A stretch of DNA of 64,000 nt, taken from contig NC_086108.1 in NCBI RefSeq assembly GCF_963921235.1, positions 111,230,001 through 111,294,000 of the forward strand, in the 5' to 3' direction. Origin of the DNA: Mobula hypostoma. Taxonomy: Eukaryota. Every line of letters starts with the position of its first letter. Within the stretch, counting starts at the first letter, position 1. A program made the position numbers and the translations under genes. Below, piece by piece: positions 13,180-25,197 of the stretch. A model generated the notes under the pieces. The model was given only the letters and a program-made list of their open reading frames with translations. It was not told the origin of the DNA and did no database searches.

Positions 13180-13324
13180 AGACGTATTGTTCCCGCTCAA
13201 GAATCAGCAAATAAAAAATTTAAATTCAAAGTTTAAACTGGGGGAGAGAAAGAAAACTAAGAGCAGCACAAAATTACTGCTACTCCATTTGCAGACAGGG
13301 GCAGTCCCCTGCAGGGAGAATTCT

Positions 13325-14040
13325 ATCGTATTATGATCACAGTCTCCTAGGGGTTCCTTTACCTTTCAGCTATGATTCAGTGATGCCCACATCACACCTG
13401 CCAGTCTGTAGCACAACAAGATCACCTACCTGATTCTATATTCTGAGTGCATTCAAATATAACACCTTCAGTCCTGTATTTGTCAGCCTTTTCAATTTTG
13501 CCCTATATTACACTTCAACTCATCCTCCTGACTGCAATTTTGCCCTATCATCCATCTGTCCTTCCTGATGTCTCACTACACACTGCCTCTGCTTGTATAC
13601 CAACTGCCCGTTCTTAGCCTTATCACCCGGGTTCCTATCCGCCTGCTAAGTTAGTTTAAACCCTCTTGAACAGCTCCAGCAAATCTGTCTTCAAGGATAT
13701 TAGCTCCCCTCGGGTTCAGGTGTAACCTGTCCTTTTGTACAGGTCATACCTTCCCCAGAAGAGATTGCAGTGATCCAGAAATCCGATACCCTTCCCTCTG
13801 CACCAGTTCCTCAGACTCATTCATCTGTACTATCATCCTATTCCTGCCCTGACTAGAACATAGTACTGGAGTAATCCAGAGATTACGACCTTGGAGGTCC
13901 TGCTCTTCAGCCTTTATTCTATTTCGTTCTGCTCACTGTGCAGGACTCTTCCCCTTTTCTACCTATGTCATTGGTGTAAATGTGCACCATGACTTCTGGC
14001 GGCTCACCCTCCCCGGTGAGAATCTTCTGCAGCTGCTCCG
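13325..14040 (-). mobile_element. Older, deleted CR1 (ORF1 esterase to EN) that hosts the L1; continues at 6175-6224
   Basis: Reverse complement shows esterase 'FLDH..LFWGRYDLY' similarity and the TTTAAAC ORF junction. EN 'DHNTIEFSLQSEREKINS' runs across the L1 TSD. Confidence 0.7.
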
Positions 14041-14049
14041 AGAAATTCT

Positions 14050-14800
14050 GTTATGCTGAAGTTGCATAAGATGTTGACGAGGCCAAATTTGGGGTATTGT
14101 GTGCAGTTCTAGTCACCCACCTACAGGAAAGATGTCAATAAGAATATAGAGAAAATTTACATGGATAGGGAAAGGTTGAAGGGGTTAGGACTTTATTCTC
14201 TAGAACATAGAAGATTGAGGGGAGATTTGACAGATGAATACAAAATTATGAAGGTATAGAGTAGATGTGAGCAGCTTTTTCCCACTGTGATTGGGTGAGA
14301 CTAGAACTAAAGATCATGGGTTAAGGGTTAAGGGTTAAGGGTAAAATGTAGAAGGGGAAGATCAGAATCAGAATCAGGTTTATTATCACTGTCATGTGAC
14401 ATGAAATTTGTTAACTTGGCAGCAGCAGTTCAATGCAATACATAATCTAGCAGAGAGAAAAAATATAATAATAATAAATAAAATAAAACATAATAATAAA
14501 TAAACAAGTAAATCAATTATGTACATTGAATAGATTTTAAAAACTGTGCAAAAACATAAATACTGTATATTAAATAAAAGTGAGGTAGTGTCCAAAGCTT
14601 CAATGTCCATTTAGGAATCGGATGGCAGAGTGAAGCAGAACAACTTCACTCAGAGTGGTGAGAGTGTGGAACGAGCTGCCAGCAGAAGAGGTGGATGCAA
14701 GTTTGATTTCAACATTTAAGAGAAATTTGGATAGGTACAGGGATGGGAGAGGTATGGAGGGCTACGGTTCCGGGGGTAGGTCGATGGGACTAGGAAGATT
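14050..14800 (+). mobile_element. Degraded CR1 3' fragment interrupted by a minus-strand retroelement 3' end (~14361-14635) with an (ATTCTG)n tail
   Basis: CR1-like 'GYCVQF.SP', 'LRGDL', 'VRVWNELP'. The insert starts with ATCAGAATCAGAATCAGGTTTATT. Confidence 0.65.
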
Positions 14801-14892
14801 AATGGTTTTCTATGACTATAATTGCACAAGTCACTATTTATTCAACATCTAAAAATGATTCACAAACTTCTTTTTCAATTGCTGAGAAAATT

Positions 14893-14898
14893 TTTATT
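14893..14898 (-). terminator. vtg: Likely vtg polyadenylation signal (alternative at 14837-14842)
   Basis: AATAAA on the minus strand ~145 nt after the stop codon, in an AT-rich 3' UTR. Confidence 0.55.
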
Positions 14899-15041
14899 TG
14901 AAAGAACAATTCCAAATATTACATTTTACTATACAGTTATTTTCTTTACATTAGTCAGCATCTCTACATTATTATAATATTATAAATGAATAAGCTGCTC
15001 GCGATCATCCTTCAAGATAGTGTCACTGTATAAGTTCCTCA

Positions 15042-15139
15042 TTACAAACATTTGCACAGACAATCAGTGTGTGTATCCATTTTATGAGTGATGTCTACGG
15101 ACTTCTTGTTGAAGAGCGAGGTGTCTGTCACTGTGTAAT
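15042..15139 (-). CDS. vtg: Vitellogenin last coding exon (C-terminal peptide)
   Basis: ttgacAG acceptor, phase 1: '(N)YTVTDTSLFNKKSVDITHKMDTHTDCLCKCL*', matching the vertebrate Vtg terminus (KSVDL...H..C.C..C). TAA is followed by TGA. Confidence 0.9.
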
Positions 15140-16404
15140 CTGTCAATAGAAAGGGAAGCCATTAGCAGAAGAGCCCACGGAAAGAGTCTCTGATATTGGA
15201 AATAATTCGGAGAATGTGTAGCTTGGGTTGTTGACAGTTGCATTGAGTTGTTTTCCGATCTTGTGAATTAACTTGCAAACTTTTTGTCACCATTCAAGGA
15301 GACATTATCTGTGCACTGTTAATTGTGGTGTGTCCTCCTAATGCTCGGCCTTTATATACTTATCAGTCTGCTGATTGTCACCTTTATGGTAACACAGTTA
15401 CGATGAGGGGAGGAAATCTCACCACTGGTTGGTTGTATGGTGAACTTTGTGTGTAGCAGTCTGGAATTTTGCCCGCATCAGCTCATAAATAGGATCGAGG
15501 TCTATATGTTTGTTTACAGAATTGTTTGTAGAAAAGCACAATTAACAGGGCGATGATGATGTCTCCTTTTATGGTGATAAAATGTTTGCAAATCAAACGC
15601 CAGGATCAGAGAACAACTCAACCAGTTTCTGATATAATTTTTAAAAGCTGTCTTTTAATTATAACTTTAATCTATAAAATGGATGAACATATAAAACAGC
15701 CAAGAAAAGAGTAGAAATCAATCATAGCTAATGAACTATTGAGTACATAGTCTTTTAAATACAGTAATGCAAAACACAATATGTTTAAAAATGAAGTCAT
15801 ATGACTACCTGTAAGTAGTGAGATAATATCTCTTACAAGTCTCTATAGATACATGGTGGAGAGGATTCTGATGGTTATGTCATAGCCTGGTATGGAGGCT
15901 CCAATACCCAGGATCAGGAAAAGCTGCAGAGGGTTGTACACTCAGCCAGCTCCACCATCCTACCACCAAGACTATCTTCAAGAGGTGCTGCTTCAAGAGG
16001 GTGGCATCTGTCACTAAGGACCCTCACTATTCGTGACTTGCCCTCTTCTCATTCCTACCAATGGAGAGGAGGTAGAGGAACCTGAAGACACACATTCAAT
16101 GATGGAGGCTTCTTCCACTCCGTCAACAGATTTTTGAACAGTCCATAGACCCATGAACAACTACCTTGTTATTCCTTTTTGTTTCTGAATGATTTATTTA
16201 TTTTGAGATTTATAGTAATTTTGTGTTTTTGCACTGTCTTGCTGCTGTACACCTCTATCAAGTAATCTCAAATCTTCCTTTGCTCTAAAGCAAAAGCTCT
16301 AGCTCACTTAATCTATCCTCACATGACATGCAAATATTCTACATTCTACAGTAAAAGTTTTTTTCTTATAGGTTGGGGAACTGACGTCGGTTGTGCAGAC
16401 TTAC

Positions 16405-16566
16405 TGGAGGGTACACAATGGAAGTTGACATGACGAGACTGAGTTTCCAATGGCGTGCATTGTGCAAGGCACTGCTGTACTGGTTCTACTGAATAGCATT
16501 TGGATTCATGTCCTTCAAATTCAATGGCCCTTCCCAATTCCACAAATTCCCGTCGGACTCGGCAGT
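16405..16566 (-). CDS. vtg: Vitellogenin exon (C-terminal Cys-rich region)
   Basis: AG...GTAAGT, phase 1-1: 'DCRVRREFVELGRAIEFEGHESKCYSVEPVQQCLAQCTPLETQSRHVNFHCVPS', containing the diagnostic ESKCYSVEPV and FHC motifs. Confidence 0.95.
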
Positions 16567-16661
16567 CTGAAATTCAACAGAGGGACGTTATTGTAGCAGG
16601 AACAACGCAGGTCCAATGGTGCTTCCATGTACATGATCTACACTGGGGTAGACTCACTCAC

Positions 16662-16812
16662 CATCTTTGCAGGAGGTTCCTGGATACAACCAGGACTCGA
16701 AAAGTTGATCCACGTCTCTGGCCTCCTCTTGGTTGGACATGATCAATTTCCTCTCACCATTGTTAAGGCCACAGAGTCCACACGTCTTCCCCATCATCTG
16801 GTCGAGGGCCAT
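16662..16812 (-). CDS. vtg: Vitellogenin exon (end of vWF-D)
   Basis: AG...GTGAGT, phase 0-1: 'MALDQMMGKTCGLCGLNNGERKLIMSNQEEARDVDQLFESWLYPGTSCKD', with the vWF-D TCGLCG motif. Confidence 0.95.
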
Positions 16813-16897
16813 CTTCACATAAAGGCCAAGATATTAGAATGCTTTAACTACAAATTTACATTGAAAACTTTTAATCAGTTAATAAACAATAAGATAC

Positions 16898-16992
16898 CTT
16901 GATCTTGTTTCCATCGAAGAATAACCATTCAATGCTGAATGCTGGGATTCTCACAGTAACTCCTGTCGTGTCTGATTCAATTTTCAGGATGT
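16898..16992 (-). CDS. vtg: Vitellogenin exon (vWF-D)
   Basis: ttctAG...GTATCT, phase 1-0: 'DILKIESDTTGVTVRIPAFSIEWLFFDGNKIK'. Confidence 0.88.
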
Positions 16993-17289
16993 CTAGAAGG
17001 CAAACATGGAAGCTTACTACCACAAAAAGTTCCATCATCAAGGACCTCCAACCCTCCAACCACCCAGACCATGCTCTCTTCTCGCTGCTGCCATTGGGAA
17101 GGAGGTTCAGGAGCTAAAGGTCCCATGCCACCAGATTCAGGTAATAACTGCTCCTCAGGCATTTGGCTCCTGAACCTGCTTGGATAACTTCAGTCACCGC
17201 AATGCTGATCTAATCACCTATGGACTCTCAAGGACTCAGCAATTCATGGCATGTTGTTAAGTCATTGGCCTGAAAAGTTTGAGAATATT

Positions 17290-19890
17290 GCTCAGAGACA
17301 GGTCATTTGGCCCATCTGGTCTATGCAGGACCCTTTATACTGCCCGCTCCCATCAACCTGCACTGGAACCTGACCTGCCCTCCATGCCCCTACCATCTAC
17401 GTACCTATCCAAACTTTCCATAAAAGTCGAAATGCAGCTTACATGCACCACTTGTGTTGGCAGACTCACAAGAAGTTTCCCTCATGTTCCCCTGAAAATT
17501 TTCACCCTTCGCCCTTAACCCATGACCTCTGATTGTCATCCTTCTCAATCTCAGTAGCAAAAGCCTTCTTGCATTTACTGTCATAAATTTGTATAGCTCT
17601 ATCAAATCTCCTCTCAATCTTCTACATTCTAAAGAATACAGTCCTAACTTATTCAGTCTTTCCTTAGAACTCAGGTCTTCCAGACCTGGCAACATCTTTA
17701 TAGATTTTCTCAGCACTCTTTCAACCTTATTTACATATTTCCTGTAGGTAGATGAAAAAAACTACACATAATACTCTAAATTAAGCCTCACCAATGTCTT
17801 ATACAACTTCAACATAACATTCCACCTCCTGTACTCAGTACATTGATTTATGAAGGCTAATGTGCCAAGAGCTTTCTTAACAACCCTAACAACCTGCGAT
17901 GTCACTTTCAACAAATTATGTACCTGTATTCCCAGATCCCTTTGTTCTACCACACTCCTCAGTGCCCTACCATTCACTGTGTAAGACCTACCCCGGTTGG
18001 TCCTACTGAAGTGCAAAACCTAGCGCTTGTCTGCATTAAATTCCATCTGCAATTTTTCAGCCCATTTTTCTAGGTCCCATTGCAAGCATTGGTAGTCTTC
18101 CTCACTGTCCACTATACCCCCAATCTTGGTGTCATCCGCAAATTTGTTGATCCAGTTAACCTCCATAGATAATGTATGATTTGATGGGTATTCCCTAATT
18201 ACTACATTTTTCATGTTTTCAGTATCTGCTTTATTTTGATTTTGTAAGAAAATATGGTTTGAGACAAAGCAACCTTGCCATTCCAACATGATGCCAAGGT
18301 GAGATTTAGAGCAGTACAGCACCAATACAAGCTCTTCAGCCCAACTAGTCTATGCTGACTGTAGTGCCAACCAGCTAGTCCCAATTTCCTGTTTTCAGCC
18401 CATATGCCAACTAGCCCCAACGCTCCATGTACCTATCCAAATGCTTAGCCATAAGACCTGAAGACATAGGAATCTGCTCCGGCATTCCATCACGGCTGTT
18501 CCCAGATCCCATTCAACCCTGTATATAGAACTTAGAAATCTACAACACATTACAGGTCCTTTGGCCCACAATGTTGTGTCGACTATGTAAGCTATACTAG
18601 AAACTGCCTGGAATTTCCCTACCACATAGCCGCTATTATTCTAAGCTCCATGTACCTATCCAAAAGTCTCTTAAGGAACCTATTGAATCCGCCTCCACCA
18701 CCGTTGCTGGTAGTGTATTCCACGCACCCACCACTCTCCGTGTGAAAAACATCCTCCTTGTACCTACCTCCAAGCACCTTAAAACTATGCTCCCTCGTGT
18801 TAGCCGTTTCAGCCCAGGGGAAAAGCCTCTGGCTATCCACACAATCAATGCCTCTCATCATCTTATACACCTCTATCAGGTCATCTCTCATCCTCCATCA
18901 CTCCAAGGAGGAAACTCACCCTATTCTCATAAGGCATGCTCTCCAATCCAGGCAACAACCCTGTAAATCTCCTCTGCATTCTCTCTGTGGTTTCCACATC
19001 TTTCTTGTAGTGAGGTGACCAGAACTGAGCACAGTACTCCAAGTGGGGTCTAACTAAAATCTTATATAGCTTTAACATTACCTCACCTGCCTTCTCAACA
19101 TATCCTTTGATGCCATGACCGATCAGGAAAGTATCAACTTCTGCCTTAAATATACCCCATGGACTTGGCCTGCACTGCAGTCTGTGGCAGAGCATTCCAC
19201 AGATTCACTACTCTCTGGCGAAAAAAAAATCCTCTTTACTCGGCTGCTCTAAAATTTTGAGGCTGTGCCCTCCAGTTCTAGATACTCCCACCATAGGAAA
19301 CATTCTCTCCACATCCACCCTATCTAGTCCTTTCAATATTTGGTAGGTTTCAATGAGATCCCCTGTATTCTTCCAAATTCCAGTGAGTACGTGCCAAAGC
19401 TTCCAAATGCTCCTCGTATATTAATCCTTTCATTCCTGGAATCATCCATGTGACCCTCCTCTGGACTCTCTCCAATGACATACATCCTTTCTCAAATATG
19501 GGCCCGGAAACTGTTGACAATACTCCAAGTGCAGCCTGACTAGTGTCTTATAAAGCCTTTGCATTATCTTCTCACTTTTATATTCTGTTCCCATTGAAAT
19601 AAATGCAAACATTGCATTTGTCTTCTCTCCCATGGACTCAACCTGTAAATGAACCTTCTGGGAGTCTTGCATGAGGACTCCTAAGTTCCTCTGCTTCTTA
19701 AATAATGCTATTCTACCTGCCTCAGTACCTCCCTCTGGCAATTCATTCCATATACTCACAACACCCTCTGCATGAAGAAGTTGTTCCTCAGGTCTCTTCT
19801 AAACCGTCCCTCTATGCCCCTTAGTTTTGGACGCCCCTACCCTGGGGTATGGTTGTTACCATGCACCTTATCTATGTTTCTCATAACTTT
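17290..19890 (-). mobile_element. Cluster of degraded CR1 3' fragments in a vtg intron
   Basis: Minus-strand ORFs 'KFADDTKIGG', 'LYKTLVRLNLEY', '[19 protein letters not shown]', 'RGDLIELYK'; at least three separate copies. Confidence 0.85.
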
Positions 19891-19891
19891 A

Positions 19892-20685
19892 AACTTTGTC
19901 ACATGGTGTGAGCAGAATTATCTGCAGCTTAATGTGAAAAAGACTAAGGAGCTGGTGGTGGACCTGAGGAGAGCTAAGGTACCGGTGACCCCTGTTTCCA
20001 TCCAGGGGGTCAGTGTGGGCATGGTGGAGGATTACAAATACCTGGGGATACGAATTGACAATAAACTGGACTGGTCAAAGAACACTGAGGCTGTCTACAA
20101 GAAGGGTTAGAGCCGTCTCTGTTTTCTGAGGAGACTGAGGTCCTTTAACATCTGCCGGACGATGCTGAGGATGTTCTACGAGTCTGTGGTGGCCAGTGCT
20201 ATCATGTTTGCTGTTGTGTGCTGGGGCAGCAGCCTGAGGGTAGCAGACACCAACAGAATCAACAAACTCACTCGTAAGGCCGGTGATGTTGTGAGGATGG
20301 AACTGGACTCTCTCACGGTGGTGTCTGAAAAGAGGATGCTGTCCAAGTTGAATGCCATCTTGGACAATGTCTCCCATCCACTACATAATGTACTGGTTGG
20401 GCACAGGAGTACATTCAGCCAGAGACTCATTCCACCGAGATGCAACACAGAGCGTCATAGGAAGTCATTCCTGCCTGTGGCCATCAAACTATACAACTCC
20501 TCCCTTGGAGGGTCAGACACCCTGAGCTGATAGGCTGGTCCTGGATTTATTTCATAATTTACTGGCATAACTTACATATTACTATTCAACTACTTATGGT
20601 TCTATTACTATTTATTATTTATGGAGCAACTGTAACGAAAACCAATTTCCTCCAGGATCAATAAAGTATGACTATGACTATGACT
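19892..20685 (+). mobile_element. Rex1/Babar-clade LINE, 5'-truncated, young
   Basis: 'WCEQNYLQLNVKKTKELVVD', 'FYESVVASAIMFAVVCWG', 'RKSFLPVAIKLYN'; AATAAA followed by a (TATGAC)n tail. Confidence 0.88.
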
Positions 20686-21106
20686 AAACATCTCTATGGT
20701 ATATCCATACACATAAAGTACACATGAACAGAAATTACCAAAGCTCAATCTCATATCTCTACTGACCCTGTCATAGAACAAGACAGCATGGGTAGAGGCC
20801 CTTCATCCCAACCAGTCAATGCCATCCAGCTCGTCCCAAACTCCTGTGTTTATCTCATAACCCTCCAAGTTCTTCTTACATGATACTATTGTATCTGCCT
20901 CAACTACTTCCTCTGGCAGCTCGTTCCATATACTCGCCCACCTCTGTGAGGAAAATATTAAAACAGAGCTCACAATCTGAAACTTCTATCTGCTTGCCCT
21001 CTGATTAGTAATTCAGATAAGCTAGCAGCACCCCATGAGGGTGAAGATGCATCTGAAACTTTCAATCCATTACTAGAAGCTCCTCAAGACAAAAAATATG
21101 TCTCAC

Positions 21107-21198
21107 CTTCCAGCGATGGGATTTTGTCATTCGGGGAATATTCAACGCCATTTACCTCAATTTTTGTTCTTTGTTGCATATAAGTTAGATCAATAGTC
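21107..21198 (-). CDS. vtg: Vitellogenin exon (vWF-D)
   Basis: aaacAG...GTGAGA, phase 2-1: 'TIDLTYMQQRTKIEVNGVEYSPNDKIPSLE'. Confidence 0.9.
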
Positions 21199-21710
21199 CT
21201 GTTTAAAAGCAAACGATTGGAAATTGTGTTAGTGATAGAAAAAACAATGGAACGATATGAATGTAAAATAGACTGTAAACATAGGAGCAAAATTAGGCCA
21301 TCCTGCCCATTGAGTCTGCTACTCCATTTAATCATGGCTGATCTAATTTCCCTCTCAACCTCGTCCTCCTGCTTTTCACCATAATGTCTGACATCTTTAC
21401 TAGTCAACTCCATCATGGGCACAACTCAATGACTGGCCTCCACGGCCATCTGTGACAATGAATTCACAGATTCACCACCCTCTGGCTAAAGAAATTCCTC
21501 CTCACCTCTGTTCTAAATGGACATCTCTCTATTCTGAGGCTGTGTTCTCCGGTCCTTGACTGCCTCTCTGCAGGAAACATCCTCTCCATGCCCACTCTAT
21601 CCAGCTCTTTTCATATTTGATAAGTTTGAATAAGAACCCACCCACCCACCATTTCTCTAAATTTCTATTAGAGGCCCAGATTCATCAAACGCTCATCCAT
21701 GAGCCCTTTC

Positions 21711-22601
21711 TGTCATGGTCCGGTCCGTGAAGTCCGCATTTTGGTTCACGGTCCAGTCCATCGATCCTTATTCCGGGTTTTGCTGTTTTCCCCGGTTCCG
21801 TTGGGCACCTTGATTGAGGTGCCTGATTCTCGTTTCGGGCTGGCTACATAAATAGCTTCGGGATTCAGCTTCTTTTTCTGGACTGTTCCCTTCCCCTCCC
21901 CATCCGAATCCCCGACAGTTACCTCGGCAGTTAACCTCGGCAAGTATCCTTGGCAGTCATCCCAGTCCTGCATCCTAGGAGGGTTCTGGCCCTGCACTCC
22001 AAGAAGGAGTCCCGGCTCCATACCCAAGGGCCTAACCAAGCCGAGTCCAAGAGCCGAGCCTAACTTAGTCCAAGAGCCAAGTCCTGCCCTGGAGTTCCAC
22101 GTCCTGTCCAGGAGTTCCTCGTCCAGTCCAGGACTACCTTGTCTTGTGCTGGATTTCCCTTGTCCTGTTCTGGAGTTTCCTCGTCCTGTTCAAGAGCCTT
22201 GTCCAGTGCAAGCCATGCCCAAGAGCTTTGTCCAGTCCAGTCCAAGTCAAGGCTTCGTTATCCCAGTCTCAATCGAGTGTCAAGTCTGATCCAAGTCCCG
22301 AGTCCTAGCCAAGATCCTAGTCCTGAATCCTAGCCTACACTCAGGTTCTGAGTCCCTCTCCAGTCTCTGGCTCGGAGTTCTAGTCCAGGCTCTTAGTTTC
22401 GAGTTCCTCATCCAGGTACCGCGTTCCTAGTCCAAGTCCTAGCCCAGGCCCTGTGTCCCTGTCTAGTCCAGGGCTTGTGTCCATGTCCAGCTTCGTTTCT
22501 TCCCGACTTCCCTTGCATTCTTGACAATCTTCGTCCCAGCTCCTAGTACATCAATGTCTGTGTTTTGCATTTGGGTCCACTCCCAGCGCCCCCTTGTAAC
22601 A
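21711..22601 (+). mobile_element. Solo LTR (Gypsy-like, 891 bp) inside a CR1 3' fragment (~21270-22625)
   Basis: TGTCA...TAACA termini, 5-bp TSD CTTTC at 21706-21710 and 22602-22606, TATA-like TACATAAATA near 21845, and internal short GTCCAG/GAGTCC repeats. Confidence 0.8.
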
Positions 22602-22667
22602 CTTTCATTCCTGGAATCACTCCAGGAAAATTCCAAACATCAAGCACTTGCTAAGATATTCCACTTA

Positions 22668-22803
22668 TATATAGATAGATAGGTAGAAAGATAGAAGATA
22701 GATAGATAGGTACATATAGAGAGATAGCTAGATAGATAGATAGACAGATAGATAGAGAGGCAGGTAGATCGATAAATAGATATATAGATAGGTAGGATAG
22801 AGA
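22668..22803 (+). repeat. Degenerate (GATA)n microsatellite
   Basis: Direct reading of repeated TAGA/GATA units. Confidence 0.9.
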
Positions 22804-22819
22804 TTGTGATGGGATCTTG

Positions 22820-23300
22820 TCCATTACAGTCAACACCCTCGCCACCATTGAGCACATCTACAAGGAATGATGCTAGAAGGAAGCAGCGTCCATCATTAAA
22901 GACCCCCACCATCCAGACCATGGTCTCTTCTCGCTTCTTCCATTGGGCAGGAAGTACAGGAGCCTCAAATCCCATACCTCAAGGTTCAGGAACAGTTAGT
23001 ATCCTTCAACCATCAGACTCCTGAACCACTGAGGGTTCAACACTGAACTGATTCCACAACCTATGAACTCAATTTCAAGCACTCTACAACTCATAGTCTC
23101 AGTATCTATTTATTTATGATTTGTTTTTATTTTGTAATGGAACAGTTTGTTTTCTTTTGCATATTGGTTCTTTGCCAGTCTTTCACTGAATCTATTATAT
23201 TTTGTATTGCATTTCTACTGTAAATTCCCACAAGGAAACGAATCTCAGGCCAGTATATGGTGACATTTGTGTGCTTTGATGCTAAATTTACTTTGATTGT
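22820..23300 (+). mobile_element. Old Rex1/Babar-type 3' fragment; relatives at ~15855-16250, 17030-17240, 24390-24840, 25315-25510, 57410-57790 and 58675-59460
   Basis: All share the decayed 'SIIKDP.HP.HALFSLLPSGRRYRSL..HTTRFRNS' C-terminus and a similar T-rich 3' UTR. Confidence 0.7.
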
Positions 23301-23695
23301 TGATCCTTGAACTTCGATATAGGTAGATCAGCTCTATTTTTCACGTGCACATCGAAACATACAGTTCACATCAAATCTTCTTTGTGGGGGTTGTGCTGAA
23401 CAGCCTGCAAGTGTCACCAACATAACGTGCCCACAATTTATAACCCAATGCAATGTGGGAGGAAACCAGAGCACCCAGACGAAGGCCATGTGGTCATGGG
23501 GAGAATGTAGGACAGCAGTGGGAATTACGGCTGACTCGGTGAAGTGATTGCACTGAGTAATGATCGGTATGCAAGTCAAGTTTTTCACTGGATCTCAGGA
23601 CTTGTGACAATAATAAACTAATTTACCGAGTTATCAGTAACTTTACTGAGAAACGTCTGCTAACATCGTTAAAGATTGAGGATACTGTGACTTAC

Positions 23696-23888
23696 GTGTT
23701 TTTCGTGGACAGAATCAGTCTGATCGACCATTTTGTCTTATCGACTTTTGAACGCTTTACCAGCAGCATGAACTTGGGACTTTCTGAGCAGTCTTGACTC
23801 AGGATATAGTAACAATCATTGGAAAGCTGATGATCCAATTCCTTGCCGTCAAATGTCCTGACAATTCCATTTTCGACTGTGCATTCCC
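23696..23888 (-). CDS. vtg: Vitellogenin exon (start of vWF-D / beta'-component)
   Basis: tacAG...GTAAGT, phase 1-2: 'ECTVENGIVRTFDGKELDHQLSNDCYYILSQDCSESPKFMLLVKRSKVDKTKWSIRLILSTKN'. Confidence 0.95.
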
Positions 23889-25067
23889 CTGTACCAGAAC
23901 CAAGGCATTAATTTGAATTTAAGTAGAAGGTACCAGTCTGACCTCTCACATCTGCTCTACTATTTAACAAGATTATGGCTAATTTCTTGTTTTGCCGGCA
24001 CGTGCATTGACTCCCTTCATAAAATTCAATCTGCACTTTATAAATCTCTGGCCAGCTTGCACTAGAAGCACTGCGTCCAGATCCGGTCACCCCGATACAG
24101 GAAGGATGTGGAAAGGGTGGAGAATCAGGGAAGATTGCTCTGGGCAGCCCACACCTCTGGCGCCAACATAGTATGCCCACTACTTACTAACCCTAACCTG
24201 TATGTTGTTGGAATACAGGCGGAAACCCACCCGGTCACAGAGAGAATGTATGGACTCCCCATGGACAGCAGCAGAAATCGAGCCCTGTCTCTCAGTCTCT
24301 GAGAACCTAATGGCCTTTTGATCTCCTCAATGCTGCCAAACCAGATCCTACTCTTTGGTACCACGGAGGGCATTCGAACTGGTCCCATCACAATCTGATG
24401 TGGAGAGGCTACTCTACTGGATTTAGGAAAAGCTGCAGGAAGTTGTCAACTCAATCACTTCCATCACCAGCTCTAGTCTTCCCTGCACTGAGGATGCCTT
24501 CAAAAGACGATGCCTCGAAAAAGTGGCATCCATCATTAAGGGCCCCCGTCACCCAAGCCATGCCCTCTTCTCATTGCTGTCATCGAGGAGGAAGGTACAG
24601 GAGCCTGAGACACACATATCTTTTGGGACAGCTTCTCCCTCTCTGCCATCCAATTTCTGAATGAGCAATGGACATAATGAACCCAGGTATACCACCTCCT
24701 CTTTTTCACTCTCTGTTTGCACTGCTGGTTTGATTTAATTTTTAATAGATATTTCTTAATGCCACTCATGGACTTGTTATTATTCTGTCAAGACAACAGA
24801 TTTCAGAACATATGCCAATGATATTAAACCTGATTCTGATACTGTTTAGTGTACATATCAAATCTAAAATAACCCACAAAGTCCCTGCTATAGATGTCCC
24901 CAGTTGGAGTCCACAGAGCTGCTTCGGGAAATTGCTGAAGATCAGGGGTTCCCATCATTTTCTTTTATGCCATGGACCCCTACCATTAACTGAGGAATCT
25001 GTGGACCCCAGGCTGGGAACCGCTGTCATAGACGGAACTGAAGAGAAGCACGTTGAAGAATAATTAC

Positions 25068-25197
25068 GTTCATTCATCTTGAGGAGCAGCTCTGGAATTT
25101 CGGTGATGCTGCTGAATCCTTTTTCCTGCATCCTCCTGCTAACTGTGTGGACTGGCACCGTGGTGGGAAGCTGCAGACCCTGATAATAGACTGTCAT
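25068..25197 (-). CDS. vtg: Vitellogenin exon (end of lipovitellin-II)
   Basis: tttcAG...GTAATT, phase 0-1: 'MTVYYQGLQLPTTVPVHTVSRRMQEKGFSSITEIPELLLKMNE'. Confidence 0.9.

Larger units (their letters stand above)
6225..13308 (-). mobile_element. Full-length L1/Tx1-clade LINE (inactivated), interrupted by a CR1 insertion
   Basis: 16-bp TSD CTGCAGGGAGAATTCT at 6209-6224 and 13309-13324. G-rich 5' end, AATAAA at 6238-6243 (minus), ORF1 and ORF2 separated by an ~850-bp AT-rich spacer. Confidence 0.93.

Noticed and set aside
15042..15139. PDGF/VEGF-like C-terminus (HTDCLCKC)
   Set aside because: It splices in phase to unmistakable vitellogenin exons.
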